A DNA stretch of 64,000 nt from Takakia lepidozioides (GCA_030704615.1 CM060733.1:40052001-40116000), one strand, 5' to 3'; shown: positions 50,295 to 63,866, counted from the first letter of the stretch. Notes: generated by a model from the sequence alone, not told the origin. A program made the numbers and translations.

Positions 50295-51060
50295 TCACTC
50301 TAAAAAATCCTTAGAGCGGCTCAGAGCAGCTCTAAGGGATCCTTAGAGCGATTGCAAATAGCAATATAGTTTATTTTGTTTTCTTGCTCTAAGTAATGCT
50401 TAGATCAAACCATTTAGATTTTTTTGTTTTTCCCGCTCTAATAAATCCTTAGAGCGGCTCTGAAGGATCCTTAGAGCAAATACAAATATCAATTTAGCTT
50501 TTTTCTGTTTCCCCGCGGTAGAAAATCCTAGAACGGCTTAGAGCGGCTCTAAGGGATCCTTATAGCGAATGTAAATAGTTTTTTAATTTTCTTCCTCTAA
50601 CTAATACTTAGATCGAATGTAAATAGCAAATTAGTTTTTTCTGTTTTTCCACTCTAAAAAACCCTAGAGCGGTTCTAAAGGATTCTTAGAGCGAATATAA
50701 ATAGCCATTTAGCTTTTTCTGTTTTTCCATTGTATGAAATCCTTAGAGTGGCTTAGAGCGGCTCTAGGGGATCAACAAACGTAAATAGCAATTCAGCTTG
50801 TTCTATTTTTCCAATCTAACAAATCCTTACATTGGCTCTAAGGATATTAAGGGATCGTTAGAATAAATGTAAAAAATATGTTAAGTCTATCTTCTTGGTC
50901 ATGGTTGACCGATTTGTTTTCCCGCTCTATGAAATCCTTAGAGCGGCTTAGAACGCTATAAGGGATCCTTACAATGAACGTAAATAGAAATTTAGTTTTT
51001 TTTATTTTTCCAATTTAAGAGATCCTTACATTCGCTCTAAGGGATCATTAGAATAAATGT
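50295..51060. repeat. Array of palindromic units TCCTTAGAGCGGCTCTAAGGGA
   Basis: CTTAGAGC-G-GCTCTAAG cores recur many times, separated by AT-rich spacers. Confidence 0.9.
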
Positions 51061-51313
51061 AAAAAATATGTTAGGGTTTTTTCTTCTTGGTCATGGTTGA
51101 CTGTTGAGGCCATATGGCACCCTTTGAGATTTAACTCTTCTTCCCCTTCAATAATTCAACTATTAACAATATAGTTATTTGGCTAAAAATAATGTGATTT
51201 TTTGGCTAAAATATCTTAGGGTTTAGCTAGAACTTGTCGACGTGGCCTTCTGTCTTGCCGAGAAACAAAAACTTGGCACTAGCTGGCATCCTAAAGAATT
51301 TCTGGTTTTACTC

Positions 51314-51871
51314 TGATGCCATGTTATGTTTTTTGGCCTTGGATCAGCAATAGTTTTCTCTAGTGAATTTAGGTCAGGCGGCATGATTGGAAAGCCCTTC
51401 AAACTGTGAAGCCTTAAAACAAGATGGGAGAATAATCTCTTGTTCTCTCAAGTATAGAACAAAACGACAAGGGGCGAGCAAGGAGGAGCGTGCATTCACG
51501 CGAGAGGAGGATCTCAACAAGCGAACTGACAGAAAATCATACACACGTATCGCAATTAGACAACTTTACACATCTACATACACCAAAGTACATGAGCTAC
51601 CTGACACAAGGTCAGGCCGCCGCTTTATACAAATCCTAGCTGCATGCCTTCCTGACGCGTGGCGAAGCGTGTCAGGCTAAACCCGCGACGCCACATCAAA
51701 ACCCTAGATCTATTGAACAGCCATGATGCAGCCACAAGCCATAACTAATCTTGGCTATGATATCTTTGTAACGGTTCAACGGTATTTTAAGCCAAAAAAT
51801 TATACTACGAATTAGTATCGCCGCTTTGGATGAATAAGGTAAATCTATGATGAGGAAAGTTTGGGGCATCA
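51314..51871 (-). repeat. Putative 3' LTR of the Ty3/Gypsy remnant
   Basis: Termini TGATGCC...GGCATCA (7-bp inverted repeat, TG..CA); TATAAA on the minus strand near 51628; lies downstream of the integrase. No clear polypurine tract. Confidence 0.6.
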
Positions 51872-52157
51872 CATCTGTGAAGCCTAGCCTCCACGAAAAA
51901 TCATGAGCTCCGCGAAGTACAATATAAGAAATAATAAGTAAATATTTGGGATAAAATCACCCTCCACTGCTGGGTGAAAAACCTATCAAAGGAAAACCTG
52001 GTACCTACAAATTGGGCTGATGACAAAACCTTTGGCTAGGAAAACCGTGCAGGGAGTACACGTAGTGACATATCATAGGTCTACAAATGCATCAAGAGCT
52101 AGAATAGAAGGCCAGAAAGGCCGAAAAGCCGCAAAGTGCCAAATCCGCAAGCTAACA

Positions 52158-53558
52158 CTAATCGGCCGAAGAAGCCAATCTGAAGAAGATCAAGACATCA
52201 TCCCATGTACGTCCCTCCACATTGATGCACGTAAGATCAAAGACCAGCTCGGAATGCAACAAATCCGTGAGAGAAACAGGTTCATCATGTGCGTGGACAT
52301 TGAACCCCTGTGGAAGAAGGAGAGCACATCGCCCACGTAAAAGCTCATAGATCAAGTATGGACCGTCGATCTTAAGCTTAGATTTGCATGCATGCTTACC
52401 ATGCTGCAGCCGAATGCATATGGTCTGTCCCACCTGGAAAAGGTTAGAATACTTGACACGATTGATAAAATTACGGGCTTGGGTGAGCTGAGCCTTACCA
52501 ATGTTCGTCTTGGCATCATGGATGGACACCGCATGCCGAGCATGAAGATTCTCAACAAAGGTCTCAAGATCAACCGGCTCAGCTACAGTAGAGATAAGAG
52601 GGGTAGAATGCAAAGGAGAAACACATTTGCGACCATACAACAACTCAAAAGGAGTCTCCTTAGTGCTAGCATGCACGGCGGTGCGATAAGCAAAGAGAAT
52701 AGGGGGAAGAAATGTATCCCACTCCCTGGTAAGTGCGTCATTCTTCTCCAACATGCGGCAAAGAGTTTGGTTGAAGCGTTCCATAAGGCCATTGGTCTAT
52801 GGATGGTATGGGGCTGTGGTGGAATGCTTGACACCAAAGTTGAAGCACACCACCGTGAGGAGCTGGTTACAAAACTCTTTGCCCTGATCCGTTAGTATCT
52901 CCCGAGGATACCCATGCCGCATAAGGATCTCATTGAAGAAGAACTGAGCTACAGCATCACTAGTCTTGGTACGCAAAGGCCGGACTTCTACCCACTTAGT
53001 CAAGTAGTCGGTAGCTACACAAAAATAGCTTCGACCCTTTGATGTGAGTGTGAGGGGTCCTACCAAATCAATGCCAACACGAGCAAAAACATGTGTAACA
53101 GGCAAAGGCTGCAGCTCATACAAGATCCGGGCCCTAGGGAGAGCAATGTTAGCACGACAACCTTCACACTTAGAGATGAACTCCGTGACATCCCGGTGAA
53201 TTCCCAGCCAATAGTAAACCTCTTGGATGCGGGCCACGGTTTTCTTGATACCAATGTGACCTGCATACAAAGAACAATGAAAACGCTCCAATAAAACATT
53301 CAGCTGGCTCCGTGGTGGCACCTCCAAATAGCATGGCACTCCCCCTCTAGTGAGCTCCTTGAAAAGCTTATCACCCATGAAACGGTGAGTAGACACATGA
53401 TAAAGAATTTGCTTGCACAAAGACTCGGAAAGGCCAGCTGGCGAACGCCCTGATTGGCATCGCTGGAGTAGCACAACATGTAGCTGATCATCCATGACTG
53501 CACTACACATAAGAAGTAGACAATGGGCTTTAGAGAAGGTGGTCTGGAGTGCTTGCAC
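52158..53558 (-). pseudogene. Ty3/Gypsy integrase (HHCC + DDE), frameshifted
   Basis: HCSLYAGHIG...CEGC, GIDLVGP, DYLTKWVE, TDQGKEF, TAPYHP / ERFNQTL and AYRTAVH.ST.ETPFELLYG. Confidence 0.93.
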
Positions 53559-53825
53559 CTATGATCTCCAGCCAGGGATACCTTCACCTCATTTGTTACT
53601 ACTCATGGACAACCAAATCAGGCCTTGAAGTTCAAGCCAATAGTCACACCGGAGTGCAACAGCTGAATCACAACAAACTCGGGGGCCAAGGAAAAAGAAG
53701 AACTGGAACACAACAAGGAACTTCCACCAAACCATCTAAATTCTCTCTAAGCAATAAATCCACCATACATGGGTGAAGATGTTGCAGCCATGCCAAGCTC
53801 GGAGCCCACTGGAGCTTGAAACTTA

Positions 53826-54650
53826 TCACGAGTTTGCATATTTGCTGTCAGCTAAGTCTGCCATCTTAAGATTAATTTCTGCTAGCATAGTTTTGTCATT
53901 AACAAAATGACGACGTTGGGCCCAATTTTGAATAACATGAGGCAAGCCAAGGAGAAAGTAGGTCTTGACCATATGATCACGTTCTGCTAGATCAATGATA
54001 TTTTCTGCAGCAGCAAATTTGAGATCCATGTAATACTTCCACAAGGACTCTCCTGGCTGGTAAGTCCTGGAGCTCAATTTGGTGAAGCAGTCCAAGGGTC
54101 GTTCAGGAGGCTTGAACAGGGTTTTAGCCCATTCCACAAGGGATGCCCAAATGAGATGGGGTCATCCATGATGGCTGCATGCAACAAGTCACGAGCTGGT
54201 CCCTTCATGCTCATTCTAAAGATTGCCATTTTAAAATTCTCAGGCACACATTCACATTAGCAATCACTTCAAACATATGGAGATATCTATCAAAGTCCTC
54301 TCTCATGGTGTATTCTGGATAGGGCTGGGTAGTGAGCTGAGGAAGCAAATGACATGACAGACTATGATTCATGTGACCAGGCTCAGCAGATCCATGGGCC
54401 GGGCAGCAGTGAGTCATAGCCTAAAGTCTGATTAGTGGTATTATTCATAGCATGGACCCCACTAGCAACCGGGATATAGTTGTTACTCATAACATTAGAG
54501 GGACCTTGATATGACAAAGATGGCAGACTGGGTGGCAACACTGTCATGCCCACTGGGGGAACATGTAGTGTAGGCCTCGACTGAACAGCCTGACTGATCA
54601 TTGCAGCTTGGTTGGGAGCCACCCCACTCATTGTGTGAATGGGTGACATG
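53826..54650 (-). pseudogene. Ty3/Gypsy gag remnant, interrupted by MULE copy 2
   Basis: EDFDRYLHMFEVIA, QPGESLWKYYMDLK and VKTYFLLGLP, preceded by a Pro/Ser-rich stretch. Confidence 0.7.
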
Positions 54651-55363
54651 CAGGGATGCCTCGGCGTGAGCCTAGTCGCGTGAGCGCAACTGTGCTCACG
54701 CCACGTCACCTTGCGCCAACGCCACATCACGGGGCTCACTCCACGTCATCGCGCTTGAAGGCCCCGTCAGCACGCGCCAAGGAAGAAATGGAGTATATTC
54801 CCGCGGAAGGGCACAATTCACCGCGGAAACAAGCTGGACGACATAATAAAAAGACGTGGTCAATCCCACCTGAAAGCAACAAATGAATGAAGGATGGATG
54901 AATGTAGAGTGGATGATAAACAGATGGATGAGTGCGAAAAATGAAAGTAGATGGATGAATGTGGGATGGATAATAGTAAAATGGATGAATGTATAATGGA
55001 TGTTGAATAATGGAAAACATTCATGACTGGAGGATGCATGAATACTCTGTAGATGAATGCACAATGTATATGACATGAGTGTGGTAGGTTTGTGGGGTGG
55101 ATTACAGAGTACAGTGGATGAATGTATACTTGATGTTTAATAAAGGAAAACATTCATGAATGGAGCACGCATGAATGCACAGTAGATGAATGCACAATGG
55201 ATATGACAAGAGTGAGTGGGGTTTGTGGGATGGATTCATACATATTGCCATTTTAATGAAAGTGGATTCTTTTTTCTTTTTTTTCTGCCGGAACAACTAC
55301 AGTGGAGTAAGGGGATTCAATGTTTTCCGAAGAGGATGAAACAAAACATTAAAAGAACAAAGT

Positions 55364-58300
55364 TCAGTCTGACTCAAAGTCAGTACAATGTATCCCCGCA
55401 TCCTCTGCATCTAAGTCTAAGTATTGAAGAACTCCGGATCTACGCTGGCTACACCTACGGCCGGGCAATAAAAAGTCAGGGAATAGAGACTCGGCCGCAT
55501 GAAGTGCCATTGCTTCGGCATACACAGGAAGCAGAAAATTGGAAAGGGGGCTGTCAAAAACAGGCTCGTCACAAATGGGGGTATCTCCTGAAGATCCATT
55601 GTTGCCTTTCCTACAAGTCACAGCCCGAAAAAAGTTATTACTATAAATTTGATGTCCGAGAAATTGAGATGGCTCCCAAAATGGGTTTAGGACTTACTCA
55701 CATGAAAAGTCGTTGTCGACCTGCTTATCCTCGGGATCGTCATCATTTCGGATTTGAATCCTCTCAGTCTATGTGCCTGAAGTGGAGCCAAACAATAGGG
55801 GGAGGAGCACTATCTTGTAAAGGTCAGAATCACCCTCCATGCTAAAAAGGCTTCTTCCGCTTGCCTTGCATGCATGGTAAGTTGCTCCTGCACCAAACAG
55901 GAGGACATGAACAGGTTGGGGGGGGGGGGGATTTAAGAAGATGAAACTGGTGAAAGAAAATCAATTTGGAAGGGAGAGAACGAACCTGTGGACACAGAAA
56001 GATCGACCACCCGTGCAGAATGGTGGCTGCATGACTCCAGCAGTATCTGCATGAACGTTGGGGTTTTTTTCCTTTGCACCTCTCCAGGGAGTGCCATCTG
56101 GTCTCTTGAGAGTCTGACTGGACTGCATGAAGCTGTACAAAATGTCATCGACATGCGGCTCATACGGGGGGTTGACGAAACAACCCTGGTCAGAAATCTC
56201 AAAGCTGCGGACGGAGGATGGTGTCTTTGAGGTGCGAATCCTCCGCAGGCAGATCGCCTCGAACATCCTCGTCTGCCAAAGACTGCAAGTTAGGGTGGTA
56301 AATACAAACTATAGTGGAAGTTTACACACTGGAAATTCAAAACAAATGCATACAACAATCTGTTTTGTCACGAATCTGTCATGATCGGTGTCGATCATTA
56401 CACATTCTTCTATAGTGGAGCTGCAGAGAACATTGAAACGCAGCATAAAAGCACAAGAAGAAGGGAGACGACAAACTAGCTGACCCGGACAACCCCCTTT
56501 CACAAGGTATAGGCTGTTCACACAATTCCATGTGCGCAAAACTTCAAACCCAGAGGACTTCAGGTATGATGCCAAGACCCGACGACTATCTTTGTCACAT
56601 GATTGAAAAAGCAGAAGTGTCCCTGCATCATAGAGGAAATTATTGCAAAACCCCAACACCCAACTCCAGTAGTTGTCATCGAATTTGTTCCAGCTTGGCG
56701 TCTTGCCCTTCAGAAGAACTTCTGGCACAGCCTGGCCGTCCGGGATGTCGAGAATGACAATGTCAGCCGCAAATGTTTTCTGCACACCGCACATGAAGGT
56801 GGGACCAGTGCTCACCTTCAACATACATGTCAAATTTTAGAACGAAGACAAGAATGTTTTCAAAGAACCAAACTTTAAGGCAGCAAATGACACTTACAGA
56901 TGCAAAGGAAAGAAAATCAAATTGTCACCAGATTAAGGAATGAGATCATCCCAGGTAGGCGAAGGCACCCCAGTGTATCCTCTCTTTCGACTCTGCATCA
57001 TCGCCAGCCATCCCTCATTGACAATCTTAATCTCGCCTGCCAAATATGCACGGGAATGGTGTGGCTTGGCATCGAACACGCACTGAATTGTGCGGGTATA
57101 CCTTCCAGCAGTGAAGTCCTTCTCACTCTCTTTTTCCATCTCCCTTTCTGTTTCTTTCTCCTTCCCCTTGTCCTTTTTCTTCTCCTTGTCCTTGGACTTG
57201 TCTTTGTCCTTTGGCTTTGCTGGTGACCTGGCTATGACATTAGGAGCCTTGTCTTTTGGTATGCGCCCCACCTTCTTGCCTTTCTGCGTCGTTTCCTGAG
57301 CATCAGGCTTCTTGGTAGCCAATGTTGCTATGTTTCTTTGGTACTCCTCGTCATTCAGAGGCGCCAGCATCTCAGCATTATTGTTCAAATATTTCATGTC
57401 CTGCTCTTGAAAGGTCGTGTGCTCAGGTGGGCAGTCTAGGTACCAACCACAGTCTCTGAAGTGAGAAGGACTCCAGTCCTTCAATATCCCTATAGTGTAC
57501 ATGGTTGGATCGTTTGCAGGGTCCGACCACATGTCAAGATAGTTTGGAATACCGCTGAGGTGATTTCCATCCATAAGCACATATTTCGTGTACCTGTGAA
57601 ACACGAGACAAAACACAACCCACCAAAGCGCGAAGTGAGTAAGATGCCAGTAGCACAGAATGAAAAAGGAGCTCTCAGGAGCTCACAACAGCTCTGGATG
57701 TGAATGTCGTCAACGACATTCACAATATTCCATTCAAGGACACTGCAAACACACCCTAAGTTCCTAATCCGGGTAAATACAATCTCTGGCTTTGGAAGGA
57801 CACAGACATAGGAGTGAATGTCGGCAATGACATTCACTTTGGATCGTTGATTACAACGATTTCTCACAAGAGGCAACAACATTGCGAGGAAAGTGAATAT
57901 CGGCAACGACATTCAGAAACCTCGAGTGAGGAACACTCACCAAAATGTCAACGGAACATATAAAATGTACAAAAAATCTCTGGAGCTCACAACAGCTCTG
58001 GATGTGAATGTCGTCAACGCCATTCACAAAATTCCATTCAAGGACACTGCAAACACACACTAAGTTGCTAATCCAGGTGAATGCAATCTCTAGGTTTGGA
58101 AGGACACAGACATAGAAGTGAATGTCGGCACCGACATTCACTTTGGATCTGTGATTACATTGCTAACAAAGTCTAAAAAATTTCTCAGTAGGACATTGCA
58201 CCTGTAGACAACTCGTATCATGGCCCACTCTCCCCCAACCTGACTGTCAAAGTCGTTGGACCGCAAAATGTTACCGTCCTTGGAGAACTCTCGGAAAAAA

Positions 58301-61300
58301 CAGTATCTCCAGGTGAGACCTCTCCACTTCCTTATGTATGCCTCCAATGTCATTTGAGGCGGGGAAACAATTGAAATGTTCAAGTCCTTCAAAGTTTGCT
58401 CGAGCACAATGGTGGCGCGCTTCTCTAGCTGCAAATGGTACATTTGTCAGTTTTGCAAATAAAGTACTCATCACATTCATGAAGTCAACAAAAATGGAAT
58501 TTCTTTGAATACATATCTGACTCCAAAATGTAGCCTTGTGAAGCCAGTTGTCAAACACAATGTCACTGATTCCTTCCACCTTTGTGCCAGGCTGTATAGT
58601 GTTCTTTGGGAACTGATTCAAGTCCTTCACTATCTGATCTGAGTTCCAAATCTCCAGCCACCTTATTTTGGTTTGGGGGTCGACCATGGAGATGGCCAGC
58701 CGGTGCAATTTCTCTTGCTGCATCTCCGGGTGCACATGCTTGTCATAGTGAGATTTGATCTGCAGAAGGAACTCAGCACCAAGGCCACGATCTACTATTC
58801 TAAGCTGCTTTCCGAAGGCGACATCAGTTTGGTTCTGCGGATTTCATACTCCTTCTTTATTGTTGCTTCCACACCCTTTGATGTCATAAGTTCCTCTGTT
58901 GTAGTGCGGTAGTATTCGGATTTCCCCTTCTCAGCTGCCTCTGCTAGCTCTTGCTGCATTGATCAAAATATGGATGAGTACAAAACGAAATACAAACATG
59001 TATTCAGAAATACAAGTGAGTACAGGCTCGGCCTTACCGCATACATGTACTCCAGAAACGTCTCTCGAGTCAAAGAATACCAAGTGCCTGCAGCTCTTCC
59101 TGTTTCGCACTTCTTGATTATATCGGGGTGGAGTACTGTGCGAAAATCATCCAGCTTCATCAGACCAATCCTCTGAATTCGGAACAGTGTGTGGACCAAG
59201 CTTGTTGTCACATGCGATTTCTCTGTCGATCTGCAATAAGATTGGAAACAATGCATTGGTAAACATCGTTTTTCGGTGGGATTAACAAGACATTGGAGAG
59301 GCAATGGAGTCTCTAGGATGACTTACTTGTTCACGTCGTGCATAGCTGTCAGAAGCCTAGCGATGTCGTTTCCAGGATCCAAAACCATTGCCTCTACAAC
59401 AACATGCTTGTCTTTCTCTTTCTCATGATGTTTCTAAATGTATCCCATCTATGCCAGCAAATCGGTGGTTGCCGTTCCAAACGTAGAACATGTGATTGCA
59501 GAATTGCTGGGTGTTTCTTCCCATCATGAGGCCCAGCTCGAACTCCTCATTAACATCCCAGCACTCATCCCAGGTATCTCTGATACACTAATGTGCTTTT
59601 CCCATTTGTAACCGTTAGTGACACATAAAAAACTTGTGCACCAAGCACAAGTCTGTATCCATGCACGAAATCAGTTTCCAATTTTGTTATGTCATGGGAA
59701 AGAGGGGGACGCACAACAGGCATAGATATCATCCGGCATAGTGGGATGTCCAGACGCCCTCCAGAGACGAGCATGTCCCTAATAATCTCCCGAGAGTTTA
59801 CCTTCTGGAATGACATGAGTTCTTTCACCTTGTCAAGGTAGTGCACTTCAGGTTCATCTGCTTCATTGCTATTCTCAGAGCTCTTGCCAGACTCGTTCCC
59901 ATCTCCAGAACCTTTTGCCTCTGTTCTTGTCTGCTTGGACTTCACAGTTTTCTGCACGATGCCATTCCAATCTGTCAGTGAATAATGTGCAAATAGTGAA
60001 CGTCCGTACCGACCATCACTCTGTCTCCTCTCAAATCACAGTGAATGGCGGCACCGACATTCACAACAATCTACAAAACCAAAGCTGATCCAGACGAATG
60101 CAAACCAAAACAATATGACTACATAGTGATGCAAATGCATTGTCGTTAACGCCGTCCGCTAATGCTCAGAACCTCAGTGTACATGTTTGCCCATAAACAT
60201 GCTGAGGTTCTGAGCATTAGCAAACGGCGTTAACGACAATGCATTTGACATTGCATTTGAAGGACCTGCTGGATCGGTTTGGTGCAATGAAATATATGTC
60301 TAAGTGATTGGCGGCACCGACACTCAGTCTAGTTTAGGGCAGAAATTGAGTGCAGATAAGTCAGAGAGACTCCATTGTGATGATCGTCACAAACAATCAC
60401 TGTTTCTTGTCTATCTCGAACGTACTTTCCAATCGATACTCTACATGAATCTATAGTATGGTCGCCAAAAAAGTGATTGGCGGTACCGCCATTCCACTTC
60501 CCTAATCTGTTCAACCTGAAACATAGAAAATGCAATGCAAGACTAACTAACTGAATATGCCGACCATTACTCTACCTCCACGCACACATGTACATAATGC
60601 TCATGAGGAGAATCGAATGGCGTTAACGACAATCGCACTACACTAGAATCAAATGCCGACAATCACATGTTCCTGCTACAGAATGAAAGAGAAGGAGTGT
60701 TTGAAAGGCAATCAGACTGACTCTACGATCTGAAGAATAGTGAATGGCAGTACCGCCAGTCACAAACTGCTGGTGTGGAAAACCATAAATAGATGAGTAC
60801 AAATCAAATCAACGTGGCTTCATAGTGAATGGCGATACCGACAGTCATAAACTGCAGGTGTGGAAAACCATAAACAGAGGAGTACAAAGCAAATCAAGAT
60901 GGCTTCATAGTGAATGGCGGTACCACCAGTCACAAACTGCTGGTGTGGAAAACCATAAACAGAGGAGTACAAAGCAAATCAACATGGCTTCATAGTGAAT
61001 GGCACTACCACCAGTCACGAACTGCTGGTGTGGAAAACCATAAACAGAGGAGTACAAAGCAAATCAACATGGCTTCATAGTGAATGGCGGTACCACCAGT
61101 CACAAACTGCTGGTGTGGAAAACCATAAACAAAAGAGTACAAAGCAAATCAACATGGCTTCATAATGATGGTCGGTACCGACCATCACTTTCTAGGACAT
61201 TGCACTCACTCTCTTCGTAGATCTTTAAACAGGAAATTGAAGGTAGAGAACACTTACTGGCGCCTTCTTAGGTTTTGAATTTGGATCCCTTTCTGCAGCT

Positions 61301-61570
61301 TTCCTCTTCCCTTTCTCATCTGCTGGAATTTCTGTCTGCTCTAGGGTTTGTAGACCTTCTCCCGGATCAGCGTTCCCCGGACTTCCACCTCCTTCAGTTT
61401 CCCTGCGAATCAGCTCTACTTCCACAGTCTAGTTTCCAACGCTCACTGTTCTCTCTGACTGTGTGACAGGATACAGCTGCAGCCTCATTCTCGGTCTGCT
61501 CTTGTGTTGCACTCTCCGCGTTCACCTGCTGCCTTGGCCCTGTGTTCTCCATCAAGCGGCGCCTCGTCAT
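55364..61570 (-). pseudogene. ParB-like + amino-MTase cargo gene, copy 2
   Basis: Same exon structure as copy 1. Motifs FAADIVILDIPDG and ESCSHHSARVVDLSVST|GATYHACKASGRSLFSMEGDSDLY; last exon ...YLDLDAEDAG. Contains frameshifts and stops. Confidence 0.8.
60738..61188. repeat. 85-bp tandem repeat, ~5.3 copies, each with an imperfect palindrome GTGAATGGCGGTACC[AG]CCAGTCAC
   Basis: Units start at 60738, 60823, 60908, 60993, 61078 and 61163, in intron 1 of cargo copy 2. Confidence 0.95.
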
Positions 61571-62541
61571 TTGCTCTCTTGCTCTGAGTCTCTCTCTAAG
61601 GGAAGTAAAATAGAGTGTCTTCCTTCTCTTTCGAATCGTAGAAGAAACCCTCTCCAGCTTGACTACCTCTCTCCCTCTAAGTGCGGAAACTTGAAAGACA
61701 AAGTGAGTTGCGTGCGTGCATTGGGGATTGCCTCTAGAAGCATCGGATTCCCTGTCGCATGACCGTTACACAAATGTCGCTCCCTTATTAGTGCACCTGC
61801 CAGCCATTAGTGGACAGCTGTTCGTCTGCAATGTAGTAATCGATGTCTGACGTGTGTCGCCCAAAATGAACGGCGTGTCATTTATTTGAACGGTTTCAAT
61901 AATTGAAAATAACAGCGACAGATAATATAAATGAATACTACATTGCATATAAACAACGACTGCTCAGCCTAAAACCAATGGTTTGACTGCTCTGCCTAAA
62001 CCAAAATGCCTATGTCATCAGAACCTTGCCACCGTGGAATAAAATATATGGGGCCATCTTACGAACAATCTCAGACAAATAAATGTAAATGAACGAGTGT
62101 TTGATGACATATTTTTGGATATCATACACATTCATTCTTGTAATCCAACCCCATGTACGTTTGATAGTTTGGACTTTCCAGGTGCGCATGATCATTGGTA
62201 CTAGTATAAAGATGCATTTACTTCATCTATCCCACCCTCACATCCTTTGGCACACTTCCGAGAAGTCGGCTGGTTATTATGTTTATTGATGAGGTTCTGA
62301 ATAAAAGTTTAACAGCTACCGAAATTGCTCCTAGGGATACTCTGTCTACAGGGGCCACAAAAAAAGTAATTAAAATGGACGGCTGCATGTCTGGAAGGAA
62401 TAACAGAATGTGCACAATCATCGTGTGAGCTTTCTTCGCGATATTCTCTGCTCATTCTTCAACAGTGTACTGGAGACCTCAGTCAACAGATTTCACTGAA
62501 GAACTGCGATAGCAAGGCATCTTCGTACTAGAGGAGGGAAG

Positions 62542-63866
62542 ATGGCTTCCTCTTAAGCAGAGTTCTTCTCTGACGACTACCAGTGCCGTTCTCCAAGGAA
62601 GCCCTTGACAATGGATTCGCAATTGTCTTGGAACATATCTTGGCTACCCGGTTTGAGCTTCAGAATGGCTCCATCTTTTTGGAGAAAGAGGTGTACGATT
62701 TGGAAGGGAAGTTGTTGAAATACTCTTTCCAAAACCGTGATGAGACGGCTCATGTCAGCCAGTGGAGAGTGCGCCCTGGTCGATACAGAGTACTTGGAGA
62801 GCCTCGGCGGAAGTCCCTTGGATCATATGTGACGCCCGGGACTGCTGCTTCAGTCGCTGAAGACAAGAAGGAGGTGGTGGTGAAAAAGAGCAGACGTCTT
62901 CCACTCCAATCGTTGAGCTTTCGGATTCGTCCGATGATGACATAAGTGAAATTCCAAATTCAGACCTTCATACTGTAGTTGGGGAAGCGGATAAAGATTG
63001 CATTTGTAGTGTCATTCCAAAACTGCGGGCGATGGGAGGAATGGCAGGTTTCAAAAGTGAGTTGCGAGGAATTCATTGGGAATCTTTGAAGCAGGTGCCT
63101 GTGAATTTCCTACCAGAGACTTTTGATGGCGATATCCTATTCGAGCTGCCTCTTCCTCCGCGAGTTGGAGGTGTCACAATCATGATGCATGGAATGGACA
63201 AGAAACACGACGGGGCACCCGTGGTGCAGAACAAAAACATCCAATATTCAAAATGATGACAAGCTTGTTTTCAGGAGAACAGTTTGCAATGGACACCTTA
63301 GGTGTGATAATTTGAATTGCAGACACTTTCTTCAGTCTGGGGTTCACAATCAAAGCGAGTGGGAGGGTCTGGCGGAAAATCCATTTAAGCCTGGGACTGC
63401 CCCTCCACCGGCAAACACTTTCGTTTGTAAATTCTGCAAACTTGTGCCATCCTGCCTGGAGCTGTGCGGAGCAAGAATGTACTATGTTGTCCACCGTTTG
63501 AAAACAATGACAAGAGCTTGTGTGCATTTCGGTTTCCATAACCATCCTGTCTCGAAGGGGGATTATAGGGAGAGTGTTGAGACAATATCGAGGTTCATTA
63601 AACAGGAGTACGAGAGAAACCCATCCGCAACAACATCTGCAATTGCTCTTAGCGCAAGCAAGTCCTTCTTGGAAAGCCATATTTTGAGTGAAGGGGATTC
63701 TGTGGGGACTAAACTTGGTGGTGCTGCATTGGACCTGGTCATGGATCATATCTCCATTTTGAGTTCACCTAATATTCGGCATCAGATCAATGCATTGAGA
63801 ATGGGCTCTGGGATCAGAGGCTACATAGACAACATTTTGGAATTGAAACGACTGAGCAAGTACGAC
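62542..63866 (+). pseudogene. MULE transposase copy 2, N-terminal WRKY/GCM-like part only
   Basis: Homologous to 7114->5790. Early TAA and frameshifts; truncated before the DDE core. Confidence 0.9.

Larger units (their letters stand above)
45643..51313. mobile_element. AT-rich non-coding repetitive element of unknown class (probably continuous with 37715-37788 before the LINE inserted)
   Basis: Abrupt drop in GC, two palindromic repeat arrays, internal direct repeats and no coding homology recognised. Confidence 0.45.
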
